A DNA stretch of 64,000 nt from a virus, in IMG/VR virus record IMGVR_UViG_3300044730_000222, positions 1 to 64,000 of that record. One strand, 5' to 3'. Position 1 is the first letter of the stretch, and every line of letters starts with the position of its first letter. The notes beneath the pieces are model-generated. The model had not been told where the DNA came from, searched no databases, and saw only the letters and a list, made by a program, of their open reading frames with translations. The translations under genes were made by a program, and so were the position numbers. Below, in pieces: positions 18,408-26,531 of the stretch.

Positions 18408-18429
18408 TGTCAGTGCCCCGTGTTAGACT
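18408..18429 (+). promoter_or_regulatory. PafBC/RecA-NDp-type promoter
   Basis: TGTCAG-tgccccgtgt-TAGACT. Confidence 0.8.
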
Positions 18430-18449
18430 TACAGTATCAAAATTAAATA

Positions 18450-18511
18450 GTGCTAAATGAGCCTAGCAAATAAGTCTAGAAATAGAATGAGCCTAGCAAA
18501 TAAGTTAGCAC
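18450..18511 (+). repeat. Structured 5' leader with 20-bp direct repeat AATGAGCCTAGCAAATAAGT
   Basis: Copies at 18456 and 18486, separated by a TCTA-GAAA-TAGA hairpin and closed by GTGCTAA/TTAGCAC. Confidence 0.7.
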
Positions 18512-18536
18512 ACTAAATAGAAAGGTAGGTCAGAAA

Positions 18537-18731
18537 ATGACTACACTAAATAAAACTACGATAGAAATCGTTTTAGAAAATGGTTTCAATATTCAGGATA
18601 AAATCTGCGTATTTTGCTCAAATACCCTTGATCGCTGGGATACTTTTTGCTTCCCTTGCCAAGAGTATAAAGGCGTGATGAAAGTCATAGACGCCGTTGA
18701 TTACTACGGAGTAGATATTCTAGGTGTGTGA
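18537..18731 (+). CDS. Early small Zn-finger protein
   Basis: CVFC...CFPC; AGAAAGG RBS. Confidence 0.7.
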   Translation: MTTLNKTTIEIVLENGFNIQDKICVFCSNTLDRWDTFCFPCQEYKGVMKVIDAVDYYGVDILGV

Positions 18732-18742
18732 GGCAAATCACA
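18727..18742. promoter_or_regulatory. CRP box
   Basis: TGTGA-ggcaaa-TCACA upstream of a TTGACT -35. Confidence 0.75.
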
Positions 18743-18829
18743 CTCCCCAAGCGTGGGTCTAATTTGACTTTAACGCTAAAAAATGAAATAATAGAATTAT
18801 TAGAAAGTATCTTAGAAAGGATAACTTAA

Positions 18830-19027
18830 ATGAAAACTTATTCAATTCCAGACTTGCTCGTGGGTCAAGTTTATTATCCACGCTCTCTCGCTCGTAAATA
18901 CCAATACGGCGAAATTAACTACGCTGAAAAGCGTGATGATATTTATTTTGCTGATGGCTATGAAGCCTACGCAATTCGCTTCAATGGTCATCGTTGGGCT
19001 ACTGTCGCAGTAAAGGTGGCAGACTAA
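18830..19027 (+). CDS. Early hypothetical protein
   Basis: ORF track; AGAAAGGA RBS. Confidence 0.7.
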   Translation: MKTYSIPDLLVGQVYYPRSLARKYQYGEINYAEKRDDIYFADGYEAYAIRFNGHRWATVAVKVAD

Positions 19028-19146
19028 TGAAATTAGATGAATTCAAGGCTCTTATTGAGAGCCAGCGTAAAGCGCAACAATTGACAAACTTAGAGAAAAT
19101 CGCTAAAATAGTATCAACAACAAATACCAAGAAAGGTAAAAACTAA
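19027..19146 (+). CDS. Early micro-protein (39 aa)
   Basis: MKLDEFKALIESQRK...; TAATG coupling. Confidence 0.55.
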   Translation: MKLDEFKALIESQRKAQQLTNLEKIAKIVSTTNTKKGKN

Positions 19147-19148
19147 AA

Positions 19149-19403
19149 ATGACTAACTATAAAGACTTTCCATTCACAACTAACGGCGTGAATTTTATTT
19201 CAAGAGTTTATTCTGACTCTCCATTTCTATCCACTATTGAGCGCCTGCCTGAAGGTGCATTTGCCTCACTAAATATTCAAGCACTAACAGAATTAGTGGG
19301 TGACGCTTCACTTCTAACTCATGATGAATTACTAATAGCACTAACTAAAATAAATGATGGTGGAACTCATGCGTTTATTCTACTAGATGAGGGGTCTAAC
19401 TAA
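19149..19403 (+). CDS. Early hypothetical protein
   Basis: ORF track; operon context. Confidence 0.7.
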   Translation: MTNYKDFPFTTNGVNFISRVYSDSPFLSTIERLPEGAFASLNIQALTELVGDASLLTHDELLIALTKINDGGTHAFILLDEGSN

Positions 19404-19594
19404 TGATGACACGCAAAGACTATGTCAAGACCGCTGAAATTCTAAAAGGTTTCAGCGAGGAAATTCACCCACAAGTTTTTGAGGATTTGGTAGAGGAGTT
19501 TTCTCAATACTTTAAATCTGATAATGATAGATTTGATTTCGCAAGATTTGAAAAGGCTTGCGGAATTGACGAATTGGGGTTGATTCCTGTATGA
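19403..19594 (+). CDS. Early hypothetical protein (MTRKDY...DN.RFD..RF..AC family)
   Basis: Motif common in phage early regions. Confidence 0.7.
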   Translation: MMTRKDYVKTAEILKGFSEEIHPQVFEDLVEEFSQYFKSDNDRFDFARFEKACGIDELGLIPV

Positions 19595-19838
19595 CAAATT
19601 TAATTTTAACTGTCGCAATAATTTCATTTGGAACTTTATTCGGAATGAGTTTAATTACTATGAGAAAATTAGAAATTGAAAATAAAAAATTGCGAAAAGA
19701 AAATGCTGAAATGAAATGGAATCAAATTAAAGTTTGATTAAGTTGCGTTAAAAATTTTTCCTGAAATTTCTTTATGATATTTTGGGAAAAACCCCCGCAA
19801 CATCGGGAGGTCCCGCACTCGGGCGTGTCGTCCACAGG

Positions 19839-19847
19839 TTATCCACA
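19839..19847 (+). promoter_or_regulatory. Perfect DnaA box inside an early promoter cassette
   Basis: TTATCCACA, with a degenerate copy 11 bp upstream. Confidence 0.65.
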
Positions 19848-19909
19848 GGGGGGCAATTTACGAAGGGTGTGATTTTTCCCACATTTTTTGGGCGTGTCTA
19901 ATTGGAAAT

Positions 19910-19931
19910 TGTCAGTAGAAAATGATAGGCT
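19910..19931 (+). promoter_or_regulatory. PafBC/RecA-NDp-type promoter
   Basis: TGTCAG-tagaaaatga-TAGGCT. Confidence 0.8.
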
Positions 19932-19961
19932 GGAAGCCTAAAAATGAAAGAAGGTAATCTA

Positions 19962-20459
19962 ATGGGATTAGATATGTATCTCTCTGCTAAGAAAAATGTA
20001 GAGAAAGTAAATTGGAAGGCTCTTAGAGATAATGAGGAATTATCCTATGAAAGTCCTGAAGTGATTAATCCGCTATGGAAAAATATTGTAGATGTTGCTG
20101 ATATGGCAGATGTTGCTACAGATATTTATGGCGTTAATGTTGAAGTGACTTGTGCTTATTGGCGCAAGGCTAATCAGATTCATAAATGGTTTGTTGATAA
20201 TGTTCAAGGCGGTAATGATAATTGCGGTGAATACTATGTGTCGCAAAATAAATTAGAAGAATTGCTAGCGCTAGTTAATAGAGCATTGGCAGAGCGTAAT
20301 CCTACTTTGCTATCACCACAAGGGGGATTCTTCTTTGGCTCTACTGATATTGATGAGTGGTATTGGCGTGATTTAGAAAATACCAAAACTAAGTTAGAGC
20401 GCATATTTGCTCTGCCCCAATTGTCCGATTTGTCCTTTTACTACTCTTCTTCGTGGTAA
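19962..20459 (+). CDS. Conserved phage early protein (MGLDMYL...YWRKANQIH.WF...GFFFG...YYSSSW)
   Basis: Recognisable widespread hypothetical family. Confidence 0.75.
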   Translation: MGLDMYLSAKKNVEKVNWKALRDNEELSYESPEVINPLWKNIVDVADMADVATDIYGVNVEVTCAYWRKANQIHKWFVDNVQGGNDNCGEYYVSQNKLEELLALVNRALAERNPTLLSPQGGFFFGSTDIDEWYWRDLENTKTKLERIFALPQLSDLSFYYSSSW

Positions 20460-20480
20460 AAGGGCGAGGGGATTTGAAAA

Positions 20481-20502
20481 TGTCAGCCCCCTATGATAGG
20501 AT
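20481..20502 (+). promoter_or_regulatory. PafBC/RecA-NDp-type promoter
   Basis: TGTCAG-ccccctatga-TAGGAT. Confidence 0.8.
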
Positions 20503-20532
20503 TTCAGTATGAACAGAAAGAAGGAAAGAAAA

Positions 20533-20751
20533 ATGGATAAATTGGAATACGCACTAAGTATTATTGCTAATTGTGTTTTATGTAATGGAAAAGGTTATCA
20601 GTATTGGGCTAATGGAGATGACTTTGATACTGAATCTTGTGAGTGTAATGTCTATGATATTATTCTTGATGATGACGGAGATGTAATTTGGGATAATGGT
20701 TTATTATCTCAAAATGAATTATCAATTTACGCAACAAGCGAGGCTAACTAA
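20533..20751 (+). CDS. Early CxxCxGxG...CxC protein, paralogue of 17483..17593
   Basis: NCVLCNGKG...SCEC. Confidence 0.7.
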   Translation: MDKLEYALSIIANCVLCNGKGYQYWANGDDFDTESCECNVYDIILDDDGDVIWDNGLLSQNELSIYATSEAN

Positions 20752-20752
20752 A

Positions 20753-21034
20753 ATGGGAAGTAATTTTGCTAATGATTTGGCTCTTGCTGATAACTTGGAT
20801 ATTGAAACTCAGATAGGAATACACCTATCTAGTAATCATTACCCACCCGTTCCTAGTTTTATGGTCAAGACTTGTATTGAGGCTATTGACGCAGTAAATG
20901 ACGCAGGGCTTTGGTACTTGGAAATACCTCTACCTGAAGGGGTATTCTATAAGGGTAATTTGACTACCGCACCAGCACACGCTATTATTGAACAACACCA
21001 CCTAGATTCGTGGCTTATTGAAAGGGAATACTAA
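20753..21034 (+). CDS. Early hypothetical protein (HL..NHYPP...HHL)
   Basis: Start moved to ATG 20753. Confidence 0.7.
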   Translation: MGSNFANDLALADNLDIETQIGIHLSSNHYPPVPSFMVKTCIEAIDAVNDAGLWYLEIPLPEGVFYKGNLTTAPAHAIIEQHHLDSWLIEREY

Positions 21035-21035
21035 A

Positions 21036-21245
21036 ATGGAATATAACTATGTCTTGACTACTGCGTATGATGGAGAATTATTCTCTACCATGCGCCTTAG
21101 CGATTTTATGGAAGCACACGAGGCTTGGGCTAAATGCTCAGACCACGGAAATGCTAAAGAATACGCAACCTATAATCTTACAGACCCAACAGGTAAAATG
21201 TTCACTAAAAACTTTTATTCTGATGGCAGAGTATCGGTTAAATAA
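21036..21245 (+). CDS. Early hypothetical protein
   Basis: GAAAGGG RBS before ATG 21036. Confidence 0.65.
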   Translation: MEYNYVLTTAYDGELFSTMRLSDFMEAHEAWAKCSDHGNAKEYATYNLTDPTGKMFTKNFYSDGRVSVK

Positions 21246-21473
21246 ATGTCTGCTACACTAACTTCTATGGATTACAGATTTGTAGATATTCTAAATGCTG
21301 ACCAATTAGAAGTAGGAGATCTAATTGGTTTAGGCATTATTGGAATTGTAAAAATTATTTCAACTACTCCAACTAAAGATGGATTCTTACTTGTAATTGA
21401 AAATGAATTTAATGAAAAAGAAGATGTTGAAATTTTAGATAATGAAAAATTTGAATTGTTTATTTTAGAATAA
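21246..21473 (+). CDS. Early hypothetical protein (small beta-barrel-like)
   Basis: ADQLEVGDLI motif. Confidence 0.6.
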   Translation: MSATLTSMDYRFVDILNADQLEVGDLIGLGIIGIVKIISTTPTKDGFLLVIENEFNEKEDVEILDNEKFELFILE

Positions 21474-21564
21474 AAATCCCCCGTTAAAAATCGGGACCTC
21501 CCCGCCCGATTTGTCCCTATTGTCCGATTTGATTTTTGTGTTATTTTATGATAAGATTTTATTT

Positions 21565-21696
21565 ATGTGGAAAAAAACTAGTAATGATTTACGAAGGCTA
21601 TTAGATTTACGAAGATCTAATGCTTCTCAGCCATTACGGAATAAGAAAAAATATTCCCGAAAAGTTAAGCACAAGAAAATTGACAATTCAGAATAA
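21565..21696 (+). CDS. Small basic protein (RRSNA...KKKYSRK.KH)
   Basis: Leaderless start after TGATAAGAT. Confidence 0.55.
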   Translation: MWKKTSNDLRRLLDLRRSNASQPLRNKKKYSRKVKHKKIDNSE

Positions 21697-21728
21697 AAAT
21701 GTTATTATGATATTAGAAAGGAAACCCC

Positions 21729-22448
21729 ATGAAACTAAAACGCTCTAATGATAGGAAGGTGGCTAATGCCGTATCAAAAAATGGAAAGACCGCAACAATT
21801 GCCAACACTTTTGGATTGCCTGCTGGAAAGGCTTACTCGTGCCCTGGTGCCACAAGTGTTTGTGAAAGTGTTTGCTACGCAGGAAAACTTGAAAAGATAT
21901 ACAAGGGAGTAAGAGATAATCTCCTTCATAACTGGAACCTGCTAAAAGACGCAGACCATGACACTATGGAAAACTTATTGCAAGATATGATTAATGACTT
22001 TAAGATTGATTGTGATAAGAAAGACGCTCCTAAACTATTCCGTATACACTGGGACGGCGACTTCTTTAATGATACTTATACTTTTGCATGGAAGCATGTC
22101 ATATTAAATAATCCTGATATTCAATTCTGGGTTTATACTCGTGTGGCTACCGCCGCAGATATGCTTAAAGATATAGATAATCTATCTCTCTACTTCTCAA
22201 CAGATAAAGAGAATAAAGATATTGCTATTAATCTTAATAAAGATAAGGGTATTCGATTAGCATACCTTGCAGATACCTTCGCAATTGGGCAGGCAGATAT
22301 GAAAGCAATGATAGGAAGACCTGGCGCTAAGTGCCCTGAAAACCTAAAAGCAATTCCGCTTATCTCTACTAATGGCTCTGCTTGCGTATCGTGTGGCTTG
22401 TGTATTTATGAGAAATCTGATATAGTATTTAGCGCAAAGAAAAAGTGA
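21729..22448 (+). CDS. GP88-family (radical-SAM-like Fe-S) phage protein
   Basis: CPGA...C...CYA, FRIHWDGDFF, FWVYTR and C..CGLC motifs. Confidence 0.75.
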   Translation: MKLKRSNDRKVANAVSKNGKTATIANTFGLPAGKAYSCPGATSVCESVCYAGKLEKIYKGVRDNLLHNWNLLKDADHDTMENLLQDMINDFKIDCDKKDAPKLFRIHWDGDFFNDTYTFAWKHVILNNPDIQFWVYTRVATAADMLKDIDNLSLYFSTDKENKDIAINLNKDKGIRLAYLADTFAIGQADMKAMIGRPGAKCPENLKAIPLISTNGSACVSCGLCIYEKSDIVFSAKKK

Positions 22449-22513
22449 GGGTAGAGTGGATAAAACAATATTATTCTTCATGGGCTTATGGATATTTATG
22501 TATCTATTTACCT

Positions 22514-22529
22514 TGTGATTAATATCACA
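22514..22529. promoter_or_regulatory. CRP box
   Basis: TGTGA-ttaata-TCACA upstream of TTGACA-N17-CATAAT. Confidence 0.75.
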
Positions 22530-22639
22530 AAGAATAAATCTCAAAATGTGAGATTTTTTAGATTTGGATTTGACAATAAATCTCAAAAATGTCATAATTA
22601 GACAGTAAGCAAAAACAACTAACGAAAGGAAATAAAGAA

Positions 22640-22804
22640 ATGGCAGTAAATACAGCACTATACAAGGTAGGCGATACTTATACTTCTCAGAAGTCTAAGA
22701 TTACAGGCTCTATCAAAGAAATCGTGCCAAACCCAAATGGTTCGGTTCGTGTCAAACTTGATGTTGAAGGCAAGACACGCTGGACAACTTGGAAAGCAAA
22801 GTAA
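22640..22804 (+). CDS. Early small protein, paralogue of 23404..23571
   Basis: YKVGDTYTSQKSKITG vs YRVGDLFTTSKTGITG; GAAAGGA RBS. Confidence 0.7.
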   Translation: MAVNTALYKVGDTYTSQKSKITGSIKEIVPNPNGSVRVKLDVEGKTRWTTWKAK

Positions 22805-22820
22805 TTCCTAATACAGGAAA

Positions 22821-22850
22821 AGACCTGAGCAAGTCTGCTAAAACTGCTCA
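22821..22850 (+). ncRNA. Small H-type pseudoknot motif, copy 1
   Basis: AGAC-CTGAGCAA-GTCT-GCTAAAAC-TGCTCA. Confidence 0.7.
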
Positions 22851-22907
22851 ACTTGATTTTCTATCATAGAAATGCTAAGATAGAACCCCATACAGAAAGG
22901 AAAACAA

Positions 22908-23330
22908 ATGGCTAGAAATGGCAAAAGTATAAATGTCAAGATTGCTACAACTAAAGTAATCAAGGCACTTGAAACTAAATTGGCTCAACTCCAAAAGGAT
23001 AAGGCTAATCAGAAAGTAAATGAGGAAAAGTTGCTGAAGGCACAAGAGAAGTATAATAAGGAAGTTGCTAAGTTAGCACTTGCTCAAATCTCTAAGGCAA
23101 CAGACTTATCTGCTAATGTTCGCTGGAACGGCGAAGTAAATGTTGATTTCAATTTACCAAAAGGTTCTATTGAATTACCTGAAATGCCTGAGAAAGATTT
23201 TGAGTCTTTCAATGATTGGCAATACAAGGAAATGGTAGATGAAATTGAAAACGCTATCCGTATCCTAAAGATGACAGATGAGGAAGTAGTTTCTACTTCT
23301 ACTTACAACACTATCGCAAGATACTTGTAA
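22908..23330 (+). CDS. Early coiled-coil protein
   Basis: ORF track; AGAAAGGA RBS. Confidence 0.75.
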   Translation: MARNGKSINVKIATTKVIKALETKLAQLQKDKANQKVNEEKLLKAQEKYNKEVAKLALAQISKATDLSANVRWNGEVNVDFNLPKGSIELPEMPEKDFESFNDWQYKEMVDEIENAIRILKMTDEEVVSTSTYNTIARYL

Positions 23331-23403
23331 TTCTATGGGGGAAGGGTATTTGACTTCCCCCCTAAAAAATGTTAAACTTGATTATCACAGAAAGGATAAA
23401 CAA

Positions 23404-23571
23404 ATGACCCTTGGAGGCTATACTTACAGAGTAGGCGATTTATTCACTACTTCCAAAACAGGTATTACAGGTCGCATTGAAAAGTTTGTGCCACAAACTA
23501 GAAATGTCACTAAGGTAATGCTACGCTTAGCAAATAACCAAACAAGATTTGCTATGGTAAAAACTTACTAA
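23404..23571 (+). CDS. Early small protein
   Basis: AGAAAGGA RBS before ATG 23404; TTGACT-N17-TAAACT promoter. Confidence 0.7.
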   Translation: MTLGGYTYRVGDLFTTSKTGITGRIEKFVPQTRNVTKVMLRLANNQTRFAMVKTY

Positions 23572-23576
23572 TAGAA

Positions 23577-23702
23577 TTGTGGCGGGTTTGAACTGTGTAA
23601 TCATCTAGATTCCCGCCACAACTTTTCTCTCCTGCGTTCATGGCAGATCTATCTGCGAAAGTCCCCTGGAGAGATTGTCCTGAGTATGACAATAAACTGC
23701 TC
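23577..23702 (+). ncRNA. Structured intergenic RNA ending in pseudoknot copy 2
   Basis: TTGTGGCGGG/CCCGCCACAA and TCTCTCC/GGAGAGA stems, then ATTGTC-CTGAGTAT-GACAAT-AAAC-TGCTC. Confidence 0.65.
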
Positions 23703-23734
23703 TTTAAAAATACCGCAAAAAATCGGGAGGCCCC

Positions 23735-23750
23735 TGTGATTATTCTCACA
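23735..23750. promoter_or_regulatory. CRP box
   Basis: TGTGA-ttattc-TCACA. Confidence 0.75.
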
Positions 23751-23845
23751 TGGCTGCGACACGCCGATATTTATTTACGAAGGAATTTGTATTTTTCCCA
23801 TATTTCTGCTAAACTTAATAGATAACCAACAGAAAGGAACGCCCC

Positions 23846-24127
23846 ATGATAGCAACCGCTATTAAATTACAAGAAGCATCAAGAGATGCAGTTCATGATG
23901 ACATGATAATGGAAATTGTCAAACACATTGTCAGTATTAGAGATGTAGTAGATGAAGAAAGTTTTATCAAAGAGATGTATAACTATTCCGCTATGCTCTC
24001 TGCTATGACAACAACTCTAGTTACTCACGCATTATTGACAGAGGAACAAATAAATGATATGCTGGAAGCCATTAAAGAAATGGATACAGTAGGAGAGGAA
24101 CTCTTAAATGAATACAGAAACAACTAA
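23846..24127 (+). CDS. Early hypothetical protein
   Basis: ORF track; AGAAAGGA RBS. Confidence 0.7.
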   Translation: MIATAIKLQEASRDAVHDDMIMEIVKHIVSIRDVVDEESFIKEMYNYSAMLSAMTTTLVTHALLTEEQINDMLEAIKEMDTVGEELLNEYRNN

Positions 24128-24572
24128 TGAAATAGTAGTGCCAGCACACTACAACCCTAATCAAATCGTAACCTATAAGATTATTGATTCTGAAGCACAC
24201 CAAGCAGACTATGCGAATTGGTATCCCACAGTAAAGGTTAGCGACCTTGAATATGAATTACACCAACACCGCAGAGAAAGACGGGAACTTAATAGATATA
24301 CTCAGCATGTAGGTATGTTAGAAAGTCGCCTACCTGATTACCTTGATATGGATTCAGAGGAAATCGTTGCTGATATTTGTAGTATCTTTGGATTTAATCC
24401 TACTAAGGAAATTCAATTTGAGGCTACCGCCACAATTACAGGAACAATATCAGTTCCGTTAGATGAAGTTGCTAACTTTGATGTTAGTGATATTGACTTA
24501 AATGTTTATGCTGAACTAAGTTCATATGACGGAGAAGCAGATGTTGAGATAGATAATATCTATAAAGTGTGA
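24108..24572 (+). CDS. Early acidic hypothetical protein
   Basis: ORF track. Confidence 0.7.
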   Translation: MNTETTNEIVVPAHYNPNQIVTYKIIDSEAHQADYANWYPTVKVSDLEYELHQHRRERRELNRYTQHVGMLESRLPDYLDMDSEEIVADICSIFGFNPTKEIQFEATATITGTISVPLDEVANFDVSDIDLNVYAELSSYDGEADVEIDNIYKV

Positions 24573-24587
24573 TAGTGGGGCTATCCA

Positions 24588-24615
24588 AGATCCTGGGCAT
24601 GATTTAAAACTGCCC
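24588..24615 (+). ncRNA. Pseudoknot motif, copy 3 (compensatory GGGCA/TGCCC)
   Basis: AGATC-CTGGGCAT-GATTT-AAAAC-TGCCC. Confidence 0.7.
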
Positions 24616-24753
24616 CTCGCAAAATTGCGGACCTCCCGCAAATTTTTTATTTTGTCAAATTTACGGCGTGTCGGGACAAATGATTAACAGGACTTGCTTT
24701 TATTAATCTTATATGTTAAACTTGAGATTCATAACTAATGAAAGGAAATAAAA

Positions 24754-25770
24754 ATGGCTCATGAATTAGAAACGCAAAATGGCGTTGCTTCTTTTGCTTC
24801 TTTTAGAGAACCTGCTTGGCACGGCTTAGGCACAGTTTTCACAGAAGAAAAAACAACAAGCGAAATGCTTGCTGCTGCTAATCTAAATAATTGGAATGTT
24901 AGATTGGTTGATGTTGAGATTCCAAACACTCTTACCTCAGACAAGAATTATTCTTATGTCGTAAGGACTAACCCTACTGAGAATAATCAGACAGATATTC
25001 TTGGTGTTGTAGGTGAGCGTTATCATGTTTTACAGAATGAAGATTTATTTTCATTCGGTGATAATATCCTAGATGGCGGTGGGCGTTGGGAAACTGCTGG
25101 CTCAATTCGTGGTGGGCGTGTAGTATTCGGCTCTCTTGCTCTTGAGCGTGAAACAGTATTAGACCCTAATGGTGTTGCGGATAAAGTAAAGACTTATTTA
25201 CTTATCAACACAAGCCACGATGGCTCAATTGCTATTCAAGCGTCAATAACACCCGTTCGTGTTGTATGCGCTAACACTCTCAATCTTGCTCTTGGTTCTA
25301 AGCGTGGCAAAAATGCTATCAAGCAATCATTCAAGATTCGTCATACACAGACCGCTAATGGCAAGGTTGCTATTGCTCGTGAGGCTCTTGGTCTTGCTAA
25401 TAAGTATATGGACGCTTTTGATATTATGGCTAAGGCTATGATTGAAAAAGAAATTACAGCGCAACAGTTCAATGATATTGTTCTCGCTGCTTATCCTAAG
25501 CCTGAGAAAGACGCTAAGGGCGCAATCAAAAAGTGGGAAAATAAAATTGATGTTATCAATGATATTTACACAGGGCAATTTAATGGAATGATTGCTAACA
25601 CCGCTTGGGGCGCTTTCAATGCTCTAACTGAACGCCTTGATTGGCACAGAAATGCTCGTGGTGGTTCTAACGAATCCCTACTCGCTGCTGCTAGTGGTTT
25701 TGACGCAACAATTACCGCAGAAAAAAATCGTCTGCTAAGTGTTGTAAAAAATACTTTAGAATTAGTTTAA
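24754..25770 (+). CDS. DUF932 (phage/plasmid-like, TIGR03299-type) protein
   Basis: REPAWHGLG, WETAGS, NTSHDGS, TPVRVVCANTL and TAWGAFNALTE motifs. Confidence 0.85.
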   Translation: MAHELETQNGVASFASFREPAWHGLGTVFTEEKTTSEMLAAANLNNWNVRLVDVEIPNTLTSDKNYSYVVRTNPTENNQTDILGVVGERYHVLQNEDLFSFGDNILDGGGRWETAGSIRGGRVVFGSLALERETVLDPNGVADKVKTYLLINTSHDGSIAIQASITPVRVVCANTLNLALGSKRGKNAIKQSFKIRHTQTANGKVAIAREALGLANKYMDAFDIMAKAMIEKEITAQQFNDIVLAAYPKPEKDAKGAIKKWENKIDVINDIYTGQFNGMIANTAWGAFNALTERLDWHRNARGGSNESLLAAASGFDATITAEKNRLLSVVKNTLELV

Positions 25771-25779
25771 TCTAATTCA

Positions 25780-25807
25780 ACTCCTGAGTAAGAGTATAAA
25801 CTGCTCA
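25780..25807 (+). ncRNA. Pseudoknot motif, copy 4
   Basis: ACTC-CTGAGTAA-GAGT-ATAAAC-TGCTCA followed by a T-tract. Confidence 0.7.
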
Positions 25808-25889
25808 ATTTTTTTTTGTAAAAAAATCCCGTGATCATAAATTAAAATTTGCAATTAAAAAAATGCGGACCTCCTTATAGGGAGGCCCC

Positions 25890-25905
25890 TGTGACCTACA
25901 TCACA
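25890..25905. promoter_or_regulatory. CRP box
   Basis: TGTGA-cctaca-TCACA. Confidence 0.75.
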
Positions 25906-25988
25906 AAATGAAAAATAGTATAACATTTCTTAAAATTTTCTATTACGAAGGATTTGATTTTTCCCCAGTTTTTTGCTAAAATTTATCT

Positions 25989-26207
25989 ATGACCCTAAAT
26001 GTAGAAATATATGAAATGGAATATTCTGTATCCCCTGGTGGAGTTGACTGCTGGGAAATGACTATTGGGAATAAATGCTATTCAGGTTTTAAAACTGCTG
26101 GACATGCATTGGACCACTTGCTAATTATGCACCCTTCTGATACCCTTGACTTATCAGTAACTTCACTTAATGTTTATTATAAAGAACTAGAAAGGATCCA
26201 ATGTTAG
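25989..26207 (+). CDS. Hypothetical protein
   Basis: ORF track; leaderless after TGCTAAAAT. Confidence 0.65.
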   Translation: MTLNVEIYEMEYSVSPGGVDCWEMTIGNKCYSGFKTAGHALDHLLIMHPSDTLDLSVTSLNVYYKELERIQC

Positions 26208-26362
26208 GATATACAGAAGAACAAATAAACAAAATGATGACTACTCTTAACTATACTATTCATCATCATATGACTGGTGTATTTGCAGATGAGGATAGAG
26301 CAGTGCTAAAAGATCTAGAGGACTTCTTAGAGGGATTAATTGCAGAAGGGCATGTGAGGTAA
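26201..26362 (+). CDS. Small hypothetical protein (MLGYTEEQ...EGLIAEGHV)
   Basis: Manual translation; AGAAAGGA RBS. Confidence 0.65.
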   Translation: MLGYTEEQINKMMTTLNYTIHHHMTGVFADEDRAVLKDLEDFLEGLIAEGHVR

Positions 26363-26368
26363 ATCACA
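26353..26368. promoter_or_regulatory. CRP box
   Basis: TGTGA-ggtaaa-TCACA upstream of TTGACA. Confidence 0.75.
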
Positions 26369-26531
26369 TTACGAAGACTTGACAAAGTCCCACATTTTTG
26401 AGAAAATTGGATTAAGAACAGAAAGGAAAAAATCGTGGAACACCAACACTACTGGGACACACCCAACACGACACAACTAGACCTAGTCGCACAATGCGCC
26501 TGCGGTGAAGAACTATTGAGGGAGACGGATA

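Noticed and set aside
24669-24690. Eighth PafBC-type promoter (TGTCGG-N10-TAACAG)
   Set aside because: Lacks the final T of the -10; a normal TTGCTT-N17-TAAACT promoter lies just downstream.
17859-26368. Rex operators instead of CRP boxes
   Set aside because: Rex needs TGTGAA-N4-TTCACA; none of the eight spacers has that A...T.
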